Notes: generated by a model not told the origin, from the letters alone. A stretch of DNA of 63,061 bases, filler included, from Octopus bimaculoides (GCF_001194135.2; 6 parts of 6 records of this genome joined end to end with filler, not necessarily neighbours in it); one strand, 5' to 3'. Positions 33,601 to 47,244 are shown, numbered from the whole stretch's first letter. Program-made: numbers and translations.

Positions 33601-33830
33601 ATCTCGCTCGAAAAACCTCATGTGTCACTCGCACTAGAGCCACACAAGGCCTGAAATTCTGGTGGGATGGGTCTAGTTGATTACATTAACCCCAGTATAT
33701 ATACGTGTGCGTATCTGTGTAGACTACACTTCAAGTACTTTTCTCTCTTTTTTCAGCACATCACACTCTTTACCACTTCATACTAAAAATATCCGCCTAT
33801 GGATATAATAATAGATTACTTTATTTTTCT

Positions 33831-33878
33831 GTCTCCGATGAAGGAAGTACTGGATCTTCCCAGAAACAGCTTTAAGAC
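33831..33878 (+). ncRNA. Minimal type I hammerhead ribozyme-like motif (slightly degenerate)
   Basis: GTCT-CCGATGA-A-GGAAG(tactggat)CTTCC-CA-GAAA-CAGCTT-TA-AGAC: stem I GTCT/AGAC, stem II GGAAG/CTTCC, near-palindromic stem III, UA at the cleavage position. Confidence 0.55.
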
Positions 33879-34266
33879 TCTATCCATAAAATTCTTCAAC
33901 CTTACCTTTGCTCTCTTTATCTTTTTGTTTTTATATATTTACATATACACACACTAATACATGACTTATAATACCCAATCCTGTTCATACAACGACTGGG
34001 GCAAACTAATCGGTATACAGCACTTACTCGGTATTACCTGTATCCTCCGGGGTTTGGTTAAATCCAATACCCTCCTCAACCTTATATNNNNNNNNNNNNN
34101 NNNNNNNNNNNNNNNNNNNNNNNNNNNNNNNTTAATTAATTAANNNNNNNNNNNNNNNNNNNNNNNNNNNNNNNNNNNNNNNNNNNNGGCAGCGAATAAT
34201 AAATAAATCAACGAATGTGACATATATATTAAAATTGAGAAATTATTAATACATTTGCCTTGGATT

Positions 34267-34282
34267 ATTACCGCTTCCATCT

Positions 34283-34371
<89 letters not shown>

Positions 34372-34400
34372 GTCATCATCAGCATCATCATCATTATATC
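34267..34400. repeat. (ATT)n-(ATC)n compound microsatellite
   Basis: ATT run switching to ATC run. Confidence 0.95.
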
Positions 34401-35039
34401 ATCATCAACTTCAACAATGTTTTTTATTTTTAGCGGCAACAGCAAAAGCACTTCAAGCATCGATGTTTTTCTTCATATCTGTTAGTATTTCTGCTGTCGT
34501 TGAAGTAATATATCAACTGACAGAATCCCTTCTGATGCTGTCAAATTTGACCAACTCGTCAGTAGAGAGAGAGAGAGAGAGAATATTAAAATTTTATATT
34601 AGAAATAAAAGTAAAAATTAGCTTAGAAAACAAAATATGCATTGAAAAAAAAATCGAGGAAAATTAGGGTGGCACGAGAAAAATAGAGTGGAAAAAAATC
34701 AATTTCCAAATTTAACCATGGCGTTACACTCCCTTTGATCATTTCCTCGTCGTCTTCTTGTTCATCTCCTTATCATTACATCATCATCATCGCTGGCGTT
34801 GTTTCGGTTATCACCACTGGTATTGTCACTATCGTGGATGTTGTAGCTGTTTCTCGAATGATCTTTTTTATTGAAAAGAAACAAAATGAGGTCGTTTTTT
34901 GGACAGCGGAAAAGAGCCAAGTGGCAGAGAGCGTTGCCTTGTGGTGGTAATTGTTGTTGTAGTTACTGTTGTTGTTCTTTTTATTCTCGTTTAACTCATA
35001 CCTTCTTTAATGATATTGTAACTGAATCTGTTTATCTTG

Positions 35040-35074
<35 letters not shown>

Positions 35075-36439
35075 NNNNNNNNNNNNNNNNNNNNNNNNNN
35101 NNNNNNNNNNNNNNNNNNNNNNNNNNNNNNNNNNNNNNNNNNNNNNNNNNNNNNNNNNNNNNNNNNNNNNNNNNNNNNNNNNNNNNNNNNNNNNNNNNNN
35201 NNNNNNNNNNNNNNNNNNNNNNNNNNNNNNNNNNNNNNNNNNNNNNNNNNNNNNNNNNNNNNNNNNNNNNNNNNNNNNNNNNNNNNNNNNNNNNNNNNNN
35301 NNNNNNNNNNNNNNNNNNNNNNNNNNNNNNNNNNNNNNNNNNNNNNNNNNNNNNNNNNNNNNNNNNNNNNNNNNNNNNNNNNNNNNNNNNNNNNNNNNNN
35401 NNNNNNNNNNNNNNNNNNNNNNNNNNNNNNNNNNNNNNNNNNNNNNNNNNNNNNNNNNNNNNNNNNNNNNNNNNNNNNNNNNNNNNNNNNNNNNNNNNNN
35501 NNNNNNNNNNNNNNNNNNNNNNNNNNNNNNNNNNNNNNNNNNNNNNNNNNNNNNNNNNNNNNNNNNNNNNNNNNNNNNNNNNNNNNNNNNNNNNNNNNNN
35601 NNNNNNNNNNNNNNNNNNNNNNNNNNNNNNNNNNNNNNNNNNNNNNNNNNNNNNNNNNNNNNNNNNNNNNNNNNNNNNNNNNNNNNNNNNNNNNNNNNNN
35701 NNNNNNNNNNNNNNNNNNNNNNNNNNNNNNNNNNNNNNNNNNNNNNNNNNNNNNNNNNNNNNNNNNNNNNNNNNNNNNNNNNNNNNNNNNNNNNNNNNNN
35801 NNNNNNNNNNNNNNNNNNNNNNNNNNNNNNNNNNNNNNNNNNNNNNNNNNNNNNNNNNNNNNNNNNNNNATATGTGTATGTATACATATATATATTGTGT
35901 GTGTATTTGTGTGTGTGCATATGAACATATATAGGTTCAATGATTAGATTGACATGCAATTTTAATAAATGTAGATGAAAAAAGCACTTCCAGGATTTTA
36001 AAAACATAAAAATTTATTAAATCAAAACATATAAGCTCTACTCTATTTTACTGAATGCTATTAACTTTGTTGCATGAAATACCATACAATAAATGCATGT
36101 TTATTGTATCAAAGTTAACAGTCTTTTTAGAGTTTCACTCTGAGCTGGGCAGTTTACGACTGTGATAACTATGAATAACCCAATCTGGGGCGAAACTTTG
36201 AGTAGATTGTCGATTTTTGCTACAGTAAACACACACATACACCCACAGATAACACCCACACGCACACCCACACGCACACCCACACGCACACCCACACGCA
36301 CACAAAAATATGTGTGTATGCGTGTGTATGTGTCTGTGTCTACGACTGTGCATGTCTCTTCTATTTTTTTCCTTATTATAATGCTTCCAGTGAGGAGGGG
36401 GCCGGTTTCCAACAAGATACAAGGCTCCATCTTTGAGCC

Positions 36440-37595
36440 TTGTAGTTAACACAGTAGTTGTTGATACATGTAGTTAACACAGACAAATTCACATTGAGAA
36501 CTTGGGAAATGTTTTGCATATTTTTATTGTTCCACTCACAACCTGTCAATTTTTTTTTCTGAAAATCCCAGTTTATCCAGATTCTCCTTTAAGCATTTAC
36601 TAATAAAAACTAGTGCTCCAATTATTATTGGTATGAATATAAATTCATAGTCTAGATGTAGAAGCTGGAGGCTTCGAAGCAGTTGTCCATAGATATCTTC
36701 TTTTACATTGATTTTCAAAGAGATATTTATGTTTGGTACATATCTTTGCTTCTCTGTCCCAAACAACAATGTCCGGCCTGTTATACTTACCTTTGACAGA
36801 AATTTGATATTCCACCAGTTTGATATTCCTTGAGTTGGTGGATTCCATAATATAGGGATTTTCTACGTTTATTTCAGGACAGTCTTTTTGCGGATGGCAA
36901 TGTAAATTGTTTTAGCAACAACATTGTGTTGCATAGGGAGGTAGTACCGTGACGACATGTTAGGACAGCTGCTAATCACATGTGTAATGTCTTCAACAGA
37001 AACATGACATAGCCTACACATACGGTTGCAGCTTGAGATTACAAGAGCGTCACTGTCTCTCTTGTTCAGCAGGTACTTTGTGGCAATCTCCTGTTTCTGG
37101 ATTGCAAACGCATAGCCTTCAAGTTGTGATTTGATGCAGTGGTCTTGTGTCTAAGAGGGGCTGCGTTTCGTGTTAATCCTACCGTCTTCTTCAAGCTTCC
37201 AGGCAATATACTCATGCATGGTCATTTTTTGCATGCTGAGTGCTTTCCATCCAGGTCTTCTTTGAGGGAAGAGAGCCCAGCTGTTTTGGGGGCTGTATAG
37301 GAGATCATCAGGAAGAGAGTGCTGCTGGAGGAGCTCACTGACAACTCGTACAATGTTGCTCACTTCACTTTTCAGGACTGCATTAATATATATATTTTTG
37401 CTGCTGTTGTTTAGCAGGTACTGCCTGAGTGATACCATACGGCATTCGAAGGCCATTTGCACTGATCTCATGCCTCTACCACCTTTATTTCTTCTTAGGC
37501 AGAGCCTATCAACATTACTATTTCTGTGGAGGTTCCCAGTTGCTGTCAGGATTTTGCGTGATAATCGACGAGGCATGTCCCGGTGACAACAGGAC
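36440..37595 (-). mobile_element. Decayed RLE-type LINE, 3' portion (RT thumb, CCHC knuckle, RLE)
   Basis: RKILTATGNLHRNSNVDRLCLRRNKGGRG; CRLCHVSVEDITHVISSC; KYNRPDIVVWDREAKIC; FIPIIIGAL. Confidence 0.9.
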
Positions 37596-37696
37596 CAAAG
37601 AGAAAGTAGAAAAAAATAAACAGCTATAGCAATTTGAAGTGGGGAAATACGAAGGTTGTGTTAATGAGGAGAGTAGACCAGTAGTAATTGGCGCAT

Positions 37697-37980
37697 ACGT
37701 ATGTATGTATGTATGTATGTATGTATGTATGTTTGTATGTATGTATGTTTGTATGTATGTATGAATGTATGTATGAATGTATGTATGTATGTATGTATGT
37801 ATGTATGTATGAATGTATGTTTGTGTCCTCACAAACACATACACACGAACACACACATATATACATACATACATGCATATACATATATATATATGGGGGG
37901 AGTAAATATATACATATATAATCATATATAAATATGTACCTCTATATACAGACACATACATACATATACACATATGTATA
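37697..37980. repeat. (TATG)n microsatellite with CA/TA flank
   Basis: Long TATG run with TTTG/AATG variants. Confidence 0.95.
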
Positions 37981-38631
37981 TGTGGGTATATGTATACATA
38001 TACACATACTCATACACACTTATTTTGTAATGAACAACTTCGATATCAGCTATATTTAATAAGAAAAAAAAGACCATTTATGTCCTTTTTCGCAATATTT
38101 CATTTTTCAGTATTATATATTTCTTTGCAGATTATTTATCTGAAATTATTGGCAGTTTGATTGTATGTTTTTTTTCTGGCAGGTCAATATTACCGATATT
38201 TTAAAGTTATTTGTCCTATTTATTCGTAGACATTGTGTTTTCTACCTTTATTTTGTTTGTTATTTACTATTGCAACGGTTCTACCTTTACGCAGTAAAAT
38301 TAAACTCTTTGTTGCACTTCTCGCCATTGTTTTTGATAACGAGCGTATGTTGGATAATTTTTAACATAGACATTGGAATGAGGCCAGAACTATGACCGTT
38401 TCCATGGCCTCGGGAGCTGCACAGAAATAAGAGAAAATTATTCCCTGGCTAGGGAACTGGATACGAATGATTATTATATTATGGGCTCTGATAAGTACAA
38501 CCCACCAGTCAGGTGTTGTTAAGTCGGGCGACGATGTTATGTCTACCACATAGAACGCGTTAATATATTTGAAGAAATGAGTTTTATTTATTTTTTGCGT
38601 GTGTTGGGGGCTCTTATAAAAGAAACTCACA

Positions 38632-38800
38632 AGGCGGCGTGCTGGCGGAATCGTTAGCACGTTGGACGAAATGTTTAGCGGTAATTCGCCCGTCGCCGCG
38701 TCCTGAGTTCAAATTCCGTCAAGGTCGACGTTGTCTTTCATCCGTTCGGGTCGATAAATTAAGTACCAGTTATGTACTGGGGTCGATGTAATTGACTAAT
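38632..38800 (+). mobile_element. Nin/Deu-domain-like tRNA SINE
   Basis: GGCGGCGTGCTGGCGGAATCGTTAG head; GAGTTCAAATTCCGTCAAGGTCGAC...GTCGATAAATTAAGTACCAG. Confidence 0.85.
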
Positions 38801-38889
38801 CAACTCTATTCAAATTTACCGTTTCACCCCTCGCACCACACATTCTCGATTTGTCGTTGCACGTCACATAGCTGGTCCTTAATGCAAGT

Positions 38890-39130
38890 ACAGCCTATCG
38901 GTATCAATCTTAGGGTGGAAGACTCCATTTACTGTCAACATTTTTCTTGTCTTTTTATCCATTTTCATTACTTCTCTCTTTTGCCATTTTATATTCCAGC
39001 TCCATACCGAAGTAATGCTATCGCCCATGTATTAACTGCTTGGATTTAATTCCATCCGGTCAATTTTGAGCGCAACACCAACCTTAGTCTTCAGAAATAT
39101 TCCATTCTTAGTTGCCCTTTCATTTCTTTC
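38890..39130 (-). mobile_element. RLE-type LINE RT fragment
   Basis: LRLVLRSKLTGWN*IQAVNTWAIALLRYGAG...MDKKTRKMLTVNGVFHPKIDTDRLYL. Confidence 0.8.
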
Positions 39131-39138
39131 ACCAGGCC

Positions 39139-39410
39139 GGTGGCTATGGATGAGGAGAAGTGACCTGAAGATAGAGGTAGGAGTACTCATATGCGCAACT
39201 CAAGATAAAGCATTAAGGACCAAATATGTAAGGTGCAGAATAGACAAAACTACCGACAACGACAAATGCAGAATGTGTGGTGATAAGAGTAAAACGGTAT
39301 GGCACATCGTTAGCAAATGCTTGAAATTGGCACAAGGCGAATACACAAGACACCATGACAATGTGGCAAGAATGATCCATTGGGAGCTCTGGAAATCACG
39401 GCCTACAAAG
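39139..39410 (+). mobile_element. RLE-type LINE CCHC zinc-knuckle fragment, inverted relative to its neighbours
   Basis: WLWMRRSDLKIEVGVLICATQDKALRTKY...KCRMCGDKSKTVWHIVSKC...YTRHHDNVARMIHWELW. Confidence 0.9.
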
Positions 39411-39419
39411 GGCAAAGAC

Positions 39420-41220
39420 GTCTTCTTTTTAAGGTCACCCTTCTAGAGCCACCTCCATGATGCCCCTTGGTCTTTTAATTTGTTGGTTTCACGGTGGAAC
39501 TGAACATGTAATTCCATACGGAGTAGGGTGACTTTTCCCTCGTTGGCTGTTCTTGTTCGGAATTCATGAGCACTCTCAAGTCCATTTTTGTTAACTCTTT
39601 CTGCACTAGCAGCATACTGTAGCAGGTCTTCTTTGCTGTTTACCAAATATTCTGCCATGTTTCTTCTTTCACTGTTAATGCACTCCCGTACGCTAATCAG
39701 CCCACGTCTACCCTTACGTCTGTTCATGTAGAGCCTGTGTACATTTGCCTTATGGTGGAGGACACCATGCATTGTCATTGTCATTGTCTTTCGAGTTGTG
39801 CGATCGAGTTGGTCAATCTCCGCTTGTGTCTATATCAGGATGGGTGCACTATAGCGGACTACAGCAACAGCCCATATGGTGATGGCAGTCACAAGGTTCC
39901 TTGAGTTGAGCTTTGATTTCAAGAGGAGTTTGAATCGCTTGAAATATGCAGTGATGACTTTGTCTTTCATTTCTCTGTGAAAGATATTGTTCAGCTCCAG
40001 TATCCCAAGGTACTTGCACCCATCATCATCCGGGTCTTCCATTCTCTCTCCGTTTGGCAATTCTATGCCCCTAAAATTTACTCTTTTCCCCCGTTTCAAA
40101 GTAAGCACCGCNNNNNNNNNNGCAATTCTATGCCCCTAAAATTTACTCTTTTCCCCCGTTTCAAAGTAAGCACCGCACACTTCAAGATACCGAACTCCAT
40201 CCCTATATCCTTGCTGCACATTTACACAGTCTCAACCAGCCTCTCCATTTCAGGCTCTGTGTCTGCGAACAGTGTTAAACCATCCATTAAGAGAAGGTGG
40301 TTGAGACGAGGTCCATTCTTTCTCAGCTCATAGTGTGCGTTGACTTTGCGTCGGGCTACAGAAAGTGGGATCAAGGGTATATCAAATAACAGAGGTGAAC
40401 AAGAGTCTCCCTGGAAGATACCTCTTTTGATTGTTACCTCGGCTAAGTGCTGGCTGTTACATGAAAGACTTCTTTTTCCAACTAGGCATGCTGTTCTTAA
40501 TCAGTGCACACACGTTCTCAGCTAGTCTACACATGTCGAGTGTTTCCAAAGCCCACGAATGCAGCAACATGTCGTAGTTCTTTTTGAAGTATACTCAGAC
40601 CATACATAAGTTTTTCTGGTACTGTTTACAGTTCTTCATTATAACCTTGTCTATCACAAGGTGGTCCTTATTGCCTTCCTTTTGTTCTACTGGCAGAAGA
40701 TTGTTTTCCGCAAGGAACGTATATAGGGTCACCGCGAGGGTACCCGCTAATACTTTCCACAGGAGGTTAAGACAAGCAATGGGTCGGTAATTGCCAACCT
40801 CGTTGCCCTTTGACCGATCTTTCATTAACAATGTTGTTCTTCCCTCTACCACCCACTCTGAAACCGTACCTTTCTGTAGGCAATTGTCTAATTGCAACGC
40901 AATTCTCTTGTGTGTTGACCTAAGCCACTTGAGTTACTAGCCTTGAATTCAGTCTGGTCCTGCCGCTTTCCAGTTTGGCAGTTTTGATATCTGTGCAATG
41001 ATATTTTCCATTGTTATGCACACATGGTCCTGTCGTGGAATCTCCGGGTGATGGACTTCGAATCTCGCGGAATGAATCCACTCAGCTCTGTGGCTGTGCG
41101 AAACTTCTTGCCCGTAAATGTTATTCCAAAATTGGCGGGTTTCTTCTGCTTCATGAGGTGTATTATCTTCTGTATTTCCTCCTAAGCCCTTAAAAAACTG
41201 CCTCTGGTTATGCAATAGTA
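39420..41220 (-). mobile_element. Decayed RLE-type LINE reverse transcriptase region
   Basis: ISKLPNWKAAGPD; GRTTLLMKD...NYRPIACLNLLWK; GIFQGDSCSPLLF; KYLGILE; LLKSKLNSRNLVTAI; HRLYMNRRKGRRGL; many frameshifts and stops. Confidence 0.92.
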
Positions 41221-41959
41221 TAGCACACTCGTTAGAGCGTCGGATGAAATATTTTGGGGTATTTGTTCCGGCTCTTTATATTTCTGAGTAAGCATTGTGT
41301 TGATTAACTTCCAATTTCATGAATGGGCATTAGATTTACCGTTTTGAAAAACGCCAATTAATTTAAGCTTTCAATACATTAATCTTTTAATTGGTAAGAA
41401 TAACGACTAATATCATCACAGTCGAAACTACAAATGCCATATTTGCAGTCCTTGAGTCTCTTTTTACTCCTACATAACTTCATCAAATTCCTATGCAATG
41501 CACGCATTTTAAGTTAATACGATTTATTTTGACAAACTTTAGACCAATTTCTGTAAGGGGTGATTATGGCCTACCAAAGAGGTACATTATTGTTACGTAT
41601 TATATAAGTGGCAGAGGATTAACAGATAAAATCGATGCCAACATGATTTGAACATTAATTTTATGAAAAGGAACGAAATAAATTCTCAAAGCCTTTTTAT
41701 TTAACGTTCATCGCTACTGCTAACTTATCGATCCTAACAGAAATTGTACAAATACATAGCAAAAGAAACATTAAAGCTTGTTCTTTCATCTTCACTAACT
41801 TCAATAGTATAGGAGCTTTGTGTCCAAGAAATTGCTTTAACGGTAACTCTGCCTTAAAATATTACTTTATTACTTATTTTAACGATTGTAGCAAACATAA
41901 GGGCCAATTTAAGCATACGCATGCATATTTAATACATGCATACATACAGACATACATAA

Positions 41960-41960
<1 letters not shown>

Positions 41961-42018
<58 letters not shown>
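41961..42018. repeat. (GT)n microsatellite
   Basis: Perfect GT run. Confidence 0.98.
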
Positions 42019-42019
<1 letters not shown>

Positions 42020-43084
42020 TAAGTAATAAAATAAAGAAAAATGAGAGCGAGACAGACATCGTGAAGGAAACATGTCGCCCGGAAGATCGTACATGACGTA
42101 ACAATACATATAAACCTGCATGCATGCACGCACACACACACACACACACACAAACACACACACCATAAATATGTGTGCATATGTGTGTGTATGTGTGTGT
42201 GTGTATGTGTGTGTATGTGTGTGTATGTGTGTGTGCGTGTGTGCATTATCTGCCCATACGAAGTACACTGCTAAATGCTAGCCATGGAATTCTGTATGTC
42301 AAGTTGAGACAGCGTACTTTGAAAGCATACATCTCCTAACTCTGATTCGTCGTCACAATGCGATTTGCTGTTTGACAGCGCTCCACCAATTCCTGTCATT
42401 CTATGCACATAGAGATATACATTCACGCAGTTACCTATGTTTGAATAAAACGTTTCGACCTCTATACTTAATTTTCTATTTATTGTGAGTGGAATACGAC
42501 ATTTTGTTTCTGATGTACACTATTGATAAAATTGCATTCTATTGAATGTGTGTCATGGACCTGTCATTAAATCTTGACATTCTGTAACGCGAACAATAAA
42601 CCTTCTACGTGGTCCCTCGACATAGTAGACATTTCACCTTCAAACCATACTTTTTGTATTTATATTGAGTAATATAGATCTTGATACATTGTTTAGAAAA
42701 AAATGTATACATGAAAGAAACGACTTGAAGTTCTTTGAACTTAGGTGTACGTTTTCAAGGGAGCTCCGGGACTAAACAATAAGAATAAGAGAAAGCCTAT
42801 TCTATTTTATTCTTTCGCTTAGTCATAGCAGAAAAGGCAGCACCTTTATTTTTTTTTTTTTTTTCATGGTTGTGCGACTAGTGGGGCGAAGGGAAGAAGC
42901 TATTTTCAAACTAGACATCGCGCCGGGATATTTGGAATAGATTTACTTTGCTCCGGCACTCAAATACTAGGTGATGGTGTTGAACCGGTCGGAGGATTGA
43001 GTCTACCACCCAGATGTGGTCAAAACATTGTTTTTAAAATTAGATTTTAATATAGACCACAATACCACATATTTAATAGGAATT

Positions 43085-43641
43085 GGGTAGTCGACTGAAT
43101 GGAAATGTGCAGTAAACTTGATCGAGATGAGCAGTCAACTAAATCGAGATGTGAAATGAATTGAATCGAGATGTGTGCTCAGCTGAATCGAGATATGAAG
43201 ACAACTGATCAAAAACAACAAACAAAAATAAAATGAAAGATCCTTCCTGAGTCATAGGCACATAAGGCTGGTTTCCTAGGTTTTGTGTCATGCATGTATC
43301 CTCCAACCCACTCATTTTTGCATGCTGAGTAATGAAATGAGCTGTTATAATCGAGAACGACACATTACCCGGTGCAGGAATCGAAACCACAATCATACGA
43401 TTACGAATGCAACACTTTAACCACTAAGCCATGCGCCTTCACGTACTCAGCTGAATCGAGATGTTTAGTCAACTAAATTCGAGATGTATGACCGCCTGAA
43501 TCGCGATGTGCAACCAACCGCATCGAGATGTGCAGTCGACTGAATAGAGAATCGTAATGAACTGAATCAAGGTGTTTAGTCAGCTGAATCGATACGTGTA
43601 GTCAACTGAATTGAGGTGTGTAGATGACTGAAGCAAGATGA
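43085..43641. repeat. Degenerate 22-bp tandem array (~15 units) interrupted by a SINE
   Basis: Consensus GTGCAGTCAACTGAATCGAGAT; about six units before 43216 and about nine after 43442. Confidence 0.85.
43230..43442 (-). mobile_element. tRNA-derived SINE related to family B
   Basis: Minus strand reads GGCGCATGGCTTAGTGGTTAAAG (A-box) ... GGTTTCGATTCC (B-box). Confidence 0.8.
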
Positions 43642-43919
43642 GGATTTGATCGCATCCAGTGTATATTTTACCGACGGATTGTGAAAGTAGGAACAAGATA
43701 TAGCCCAAGCTAACAAGGGGCTACAAGACTATCAACCAAATCTCAATTAAATACCACATTATAGTCTTTAAAAAAATGACACTTCGATAAGGTAGTTCAC
43801 GATATTCAATGTCTAATAACATCTCGGCTGGCTGACACACCTCTGACTATAGGTCTGCTTGTTCGGAGACGGCCAGCGTTTTAACTACGAGCCGACGATG
43901 GGACCGCTGTAATGCATAA

Positions 43920-44110
43920 GACTAGACAGTCGATTAATATCGACAGCAGCACTAACGACTTTTCTCATGTTTTTCTTTTATTTTCTCCACTCTAGAAAAT
44001 GAAAGTCAAAATTGACATCAGCGGGATTTGGACTCAGAACGTAATGAACCGTAATGAACCGTAATTACACCAGGTATTTTGTCCGATGCTTTAACGATTC
44101 AGCCAAACCA
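43920..44110 (-). mobile_element. Decayed Nin/Deu-like SINE
   Basis: Reverse complement of GTTCTGAGTCCAAATCCCGCTGATGTCAATTTTGACTTTCAT. Confidence 0.6.
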
Positions 44111-46742
44111 ACACCCTTAGAACAAACATTAATAACCATGGGCTTGATCGATCAAAGCCGAAAAGTCACCAGTTCATATATCTGGAGAAAGTTGGGTTAG
44201 CTAATCTCATCCATTTCACCAATTTATTCACAAAGTGGAGGTGATGGTTGAGTACTCCTTGATAATGAAACATTCAACAATTCTACAGAGCTGCAGCTGC
44301 TGCCCTATAAAGCAGTGAGTTATTTTCATCTAGTGACGTCTATATGTAGTTCGAGTAGTAGACTACAGATAATATCGCCCTAACACAACTGTCTTTCATC
44401 ACAAATCTGTCGAATCGACAAGGGAGCATTTACGTGATTTCCCAATCTGCTGAAAATAGCAGTCAATTTTTTCTTAGATAAATAGCCTAGTAACTTAATT
44501 AAGAAAGAGTACATTAGATAGCAGCGTACAAGATGGTCGTAAAAACACAGAATGATCACAACTGGGACGCCTTTACTCATAAGTCTGGTCAATCAGGATT
44601 GACCTGGGGTTAAACAACAACATAGATTTGCTCGATCAGGGTGGCTGACCTAGGGTTAAACGACAACAATTTGCTGCAGAGAGAAGAAAAGTGAATTGCT
44701 TCAAAACGCAGATCGAATACAATCAATCGATTGATTAGCTGAAGCACTCTTGAATCTACAGCAATAACAATTCTCAAAGCCAACAAAGAAACATGCATAT
44801 AATCGTTGAATGTGCTAGAAATGGCAGCCAAACACTCTAAAGCTGCGCACTGCTATCTTTAGAAAATAATGGCAACATTGGATAGTGTCATCGGGAGTTC
44901 TCTATTTCTGAACAGAAAATTTAGGGAAAAAAAAACAAAAACAAACGAGGAAATAATTGCATGAATTACTTTGATTGCGAGTCTGATCAATGAGATTAAA
45001 AATTGGCTGAGCCGTTAGAGAGTCGAATGAAATAGCTTGTAGCTTCTGATCACGGTTCCTAACGTTCGGATTTCAAATTTAGTCGAGGTCCTTTTGACTT
45101 TCATCATATCAAAATAATATGCTTACTAGTCAATCAACCAAGTGCGAGGAAGAGTGTTGTAATATTCCTATAAAGCATTCTAGAGGCGAGTGGAATTATT
45201 GCAGAAAAAGAAGAAATTCGGATGAAAATACGTTTTAATAAATGTTCTTGATTCTTACGGTGTCGCCCAGTTCTACACCCTACTTTGGTCGGGTACCTTA
45301 ACAGATTCCACTCTGCTTCGAGTATTCGTGCCAGATCTTTACCTTCTCCTGTCACGCTGGAGAAGATCCACTAATTAAGATGCAAAATAACAGCAACGCA
45401 ATTCAACAAAAACAAGGAAGCGTCTACGTTGGCGCTCGACATGCTATAAACTATATCGAAATCTTCCTCAAACAAAACTTTACTCTTTTCAAAATATTGC
45501 ATTGGATAATGTGGTACGGAGTTCAACTATGAGCTTGATCATAGCAGGCTCGGGGCTGAACAACATCAACTACAAGATTACAGCGAAAATATCTCAAGGT
45601 GTCGCGAGTGCTTATATGCTAGAGCGATAGTTTCAATCTAGTGTGCCGTGCATGGGCTGCAGAGAATAATGGAGACTACAAGCGGCGTAGTGTAGAAAAG
45701 CTTATTATTTTTAGTTATTTATTATTTTTTTTAGACAAGTTGGGAAAATGATGAAATATTTAGAAAATGGGCCACAAACTTAAAATCCTATCCTGCGTGG
45801 CGAATTGGCAGAATCGTTAGAGCATCAAAATGAATATTTCACAATATTTGTTCCGACTCTATGTGTTCTGAGATCAAATCCGGCTGATGTCAACTTTACC
45901 TTTTATTCTTTAGAGGTGACGAATTGGAGAGAACTGAAAAGACGTAGAGCGAATGCTTTTCGTTTTTTTTTTTGTCTTGGCTCTTTGTGTTCTGAATTTA
46001 ATCCCTCCACATCCTATACGGGCCACAGATTTAATCCTTGATCCGACTTCACACCGCTTGTGCGTCTTTAGTGGAATCCATTCTGCTGTGAGTATTCGGG
46101 CCAAATTCCGTTTTACGTGCCTCCCTCCATCGCTTCTACCAGTCTCGAAGATTCCGTAAAATGTCACGCACAAGATCTGCTTTTTCGCATGATTAAAAAT
46201 TAAAAAAAAACGTAACTCACTAGGCCCATTGCCATTCCAAAGTCAATTTTAATATTTATTATTTCATTCATTTACTTATTTATTTATTTATTTATCCTAA
46301 AACTTTTAATTTGAAAGAACTGAATTTTGACCCAAAATTCATCGCCCTTTCGAAAGAAAACAACAGAAAATGACTATTCTAGAATAGCATTCAAAAGTAA
46401 GATACATCATGTTTCACATCAACTAAATGGCAGCTGCCGAATAGCCTTAATAGAGATCAAACACGCGATATTGCCATCAGGACTCTCTCTCGTTTCTATT
46501 TTTATCTTCAGATTTTTAACCCCCCAGAATACTTTTATTCACACAAAGATAATATAATGTTTAGATATATCGCGTTTAATAATTCGATTACTGGGTTAGT
46601 CACTTTTATTTACTCCCTCGCTCTTATCTTTTTCTGTGTGCCAGTACTCTTTTCTCTCTCTCTCTCTCTCTCTATCTATCTCTCTCTCTCTCTCCCTCTC
46701 TCTCCCTGCCGCACTCTTTCATTCCATATGTATATATTTGTG

Positions 46743-46773
<31 letters not shown>

Positions 46774-46915
46774 GCACGAAGATGTCTCTGTGGGTATAGA
46801 TTCATGTATGTGTAAACTACTGCGTATATATTTTGTGTACAAAGCATACAACTGCATACGCACACGCACACGCATACACACACATACATACATAATACAT
46901 ACATACACACATACA

Positions 46916-46947
<32 letters not shown>

Positions 46948-47210
46948 GCAATGTATGTGTGTGTATACATAGACAGACCAGACAGAAAGAAAGCAAAAAG
47001 GAAAAAATAGATGGGATGTAGGGGAGAGGGGATAATAAAACAAAAGAAACTATGAAAATAACTTTTAGGTCGAACGCCGCCAACACAATTCTGTTACAAC
47101 ATCACTTCTGACTAAAATCAGAAGAAAAAAGCGAAGTCATGTGAACTCTACAAACAATAAATACAATTAGCCATCATGAGCGCACAAACATAAAATACAT
47201 CCACATGGAA

Positions 47211-47244
<34 letters not shown>

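Noticed and set aside
40056-40175. Duplicated ~55 bp inside the LINE RT
   Set aside because: Flanks a 10-N gap; assembly artefact.
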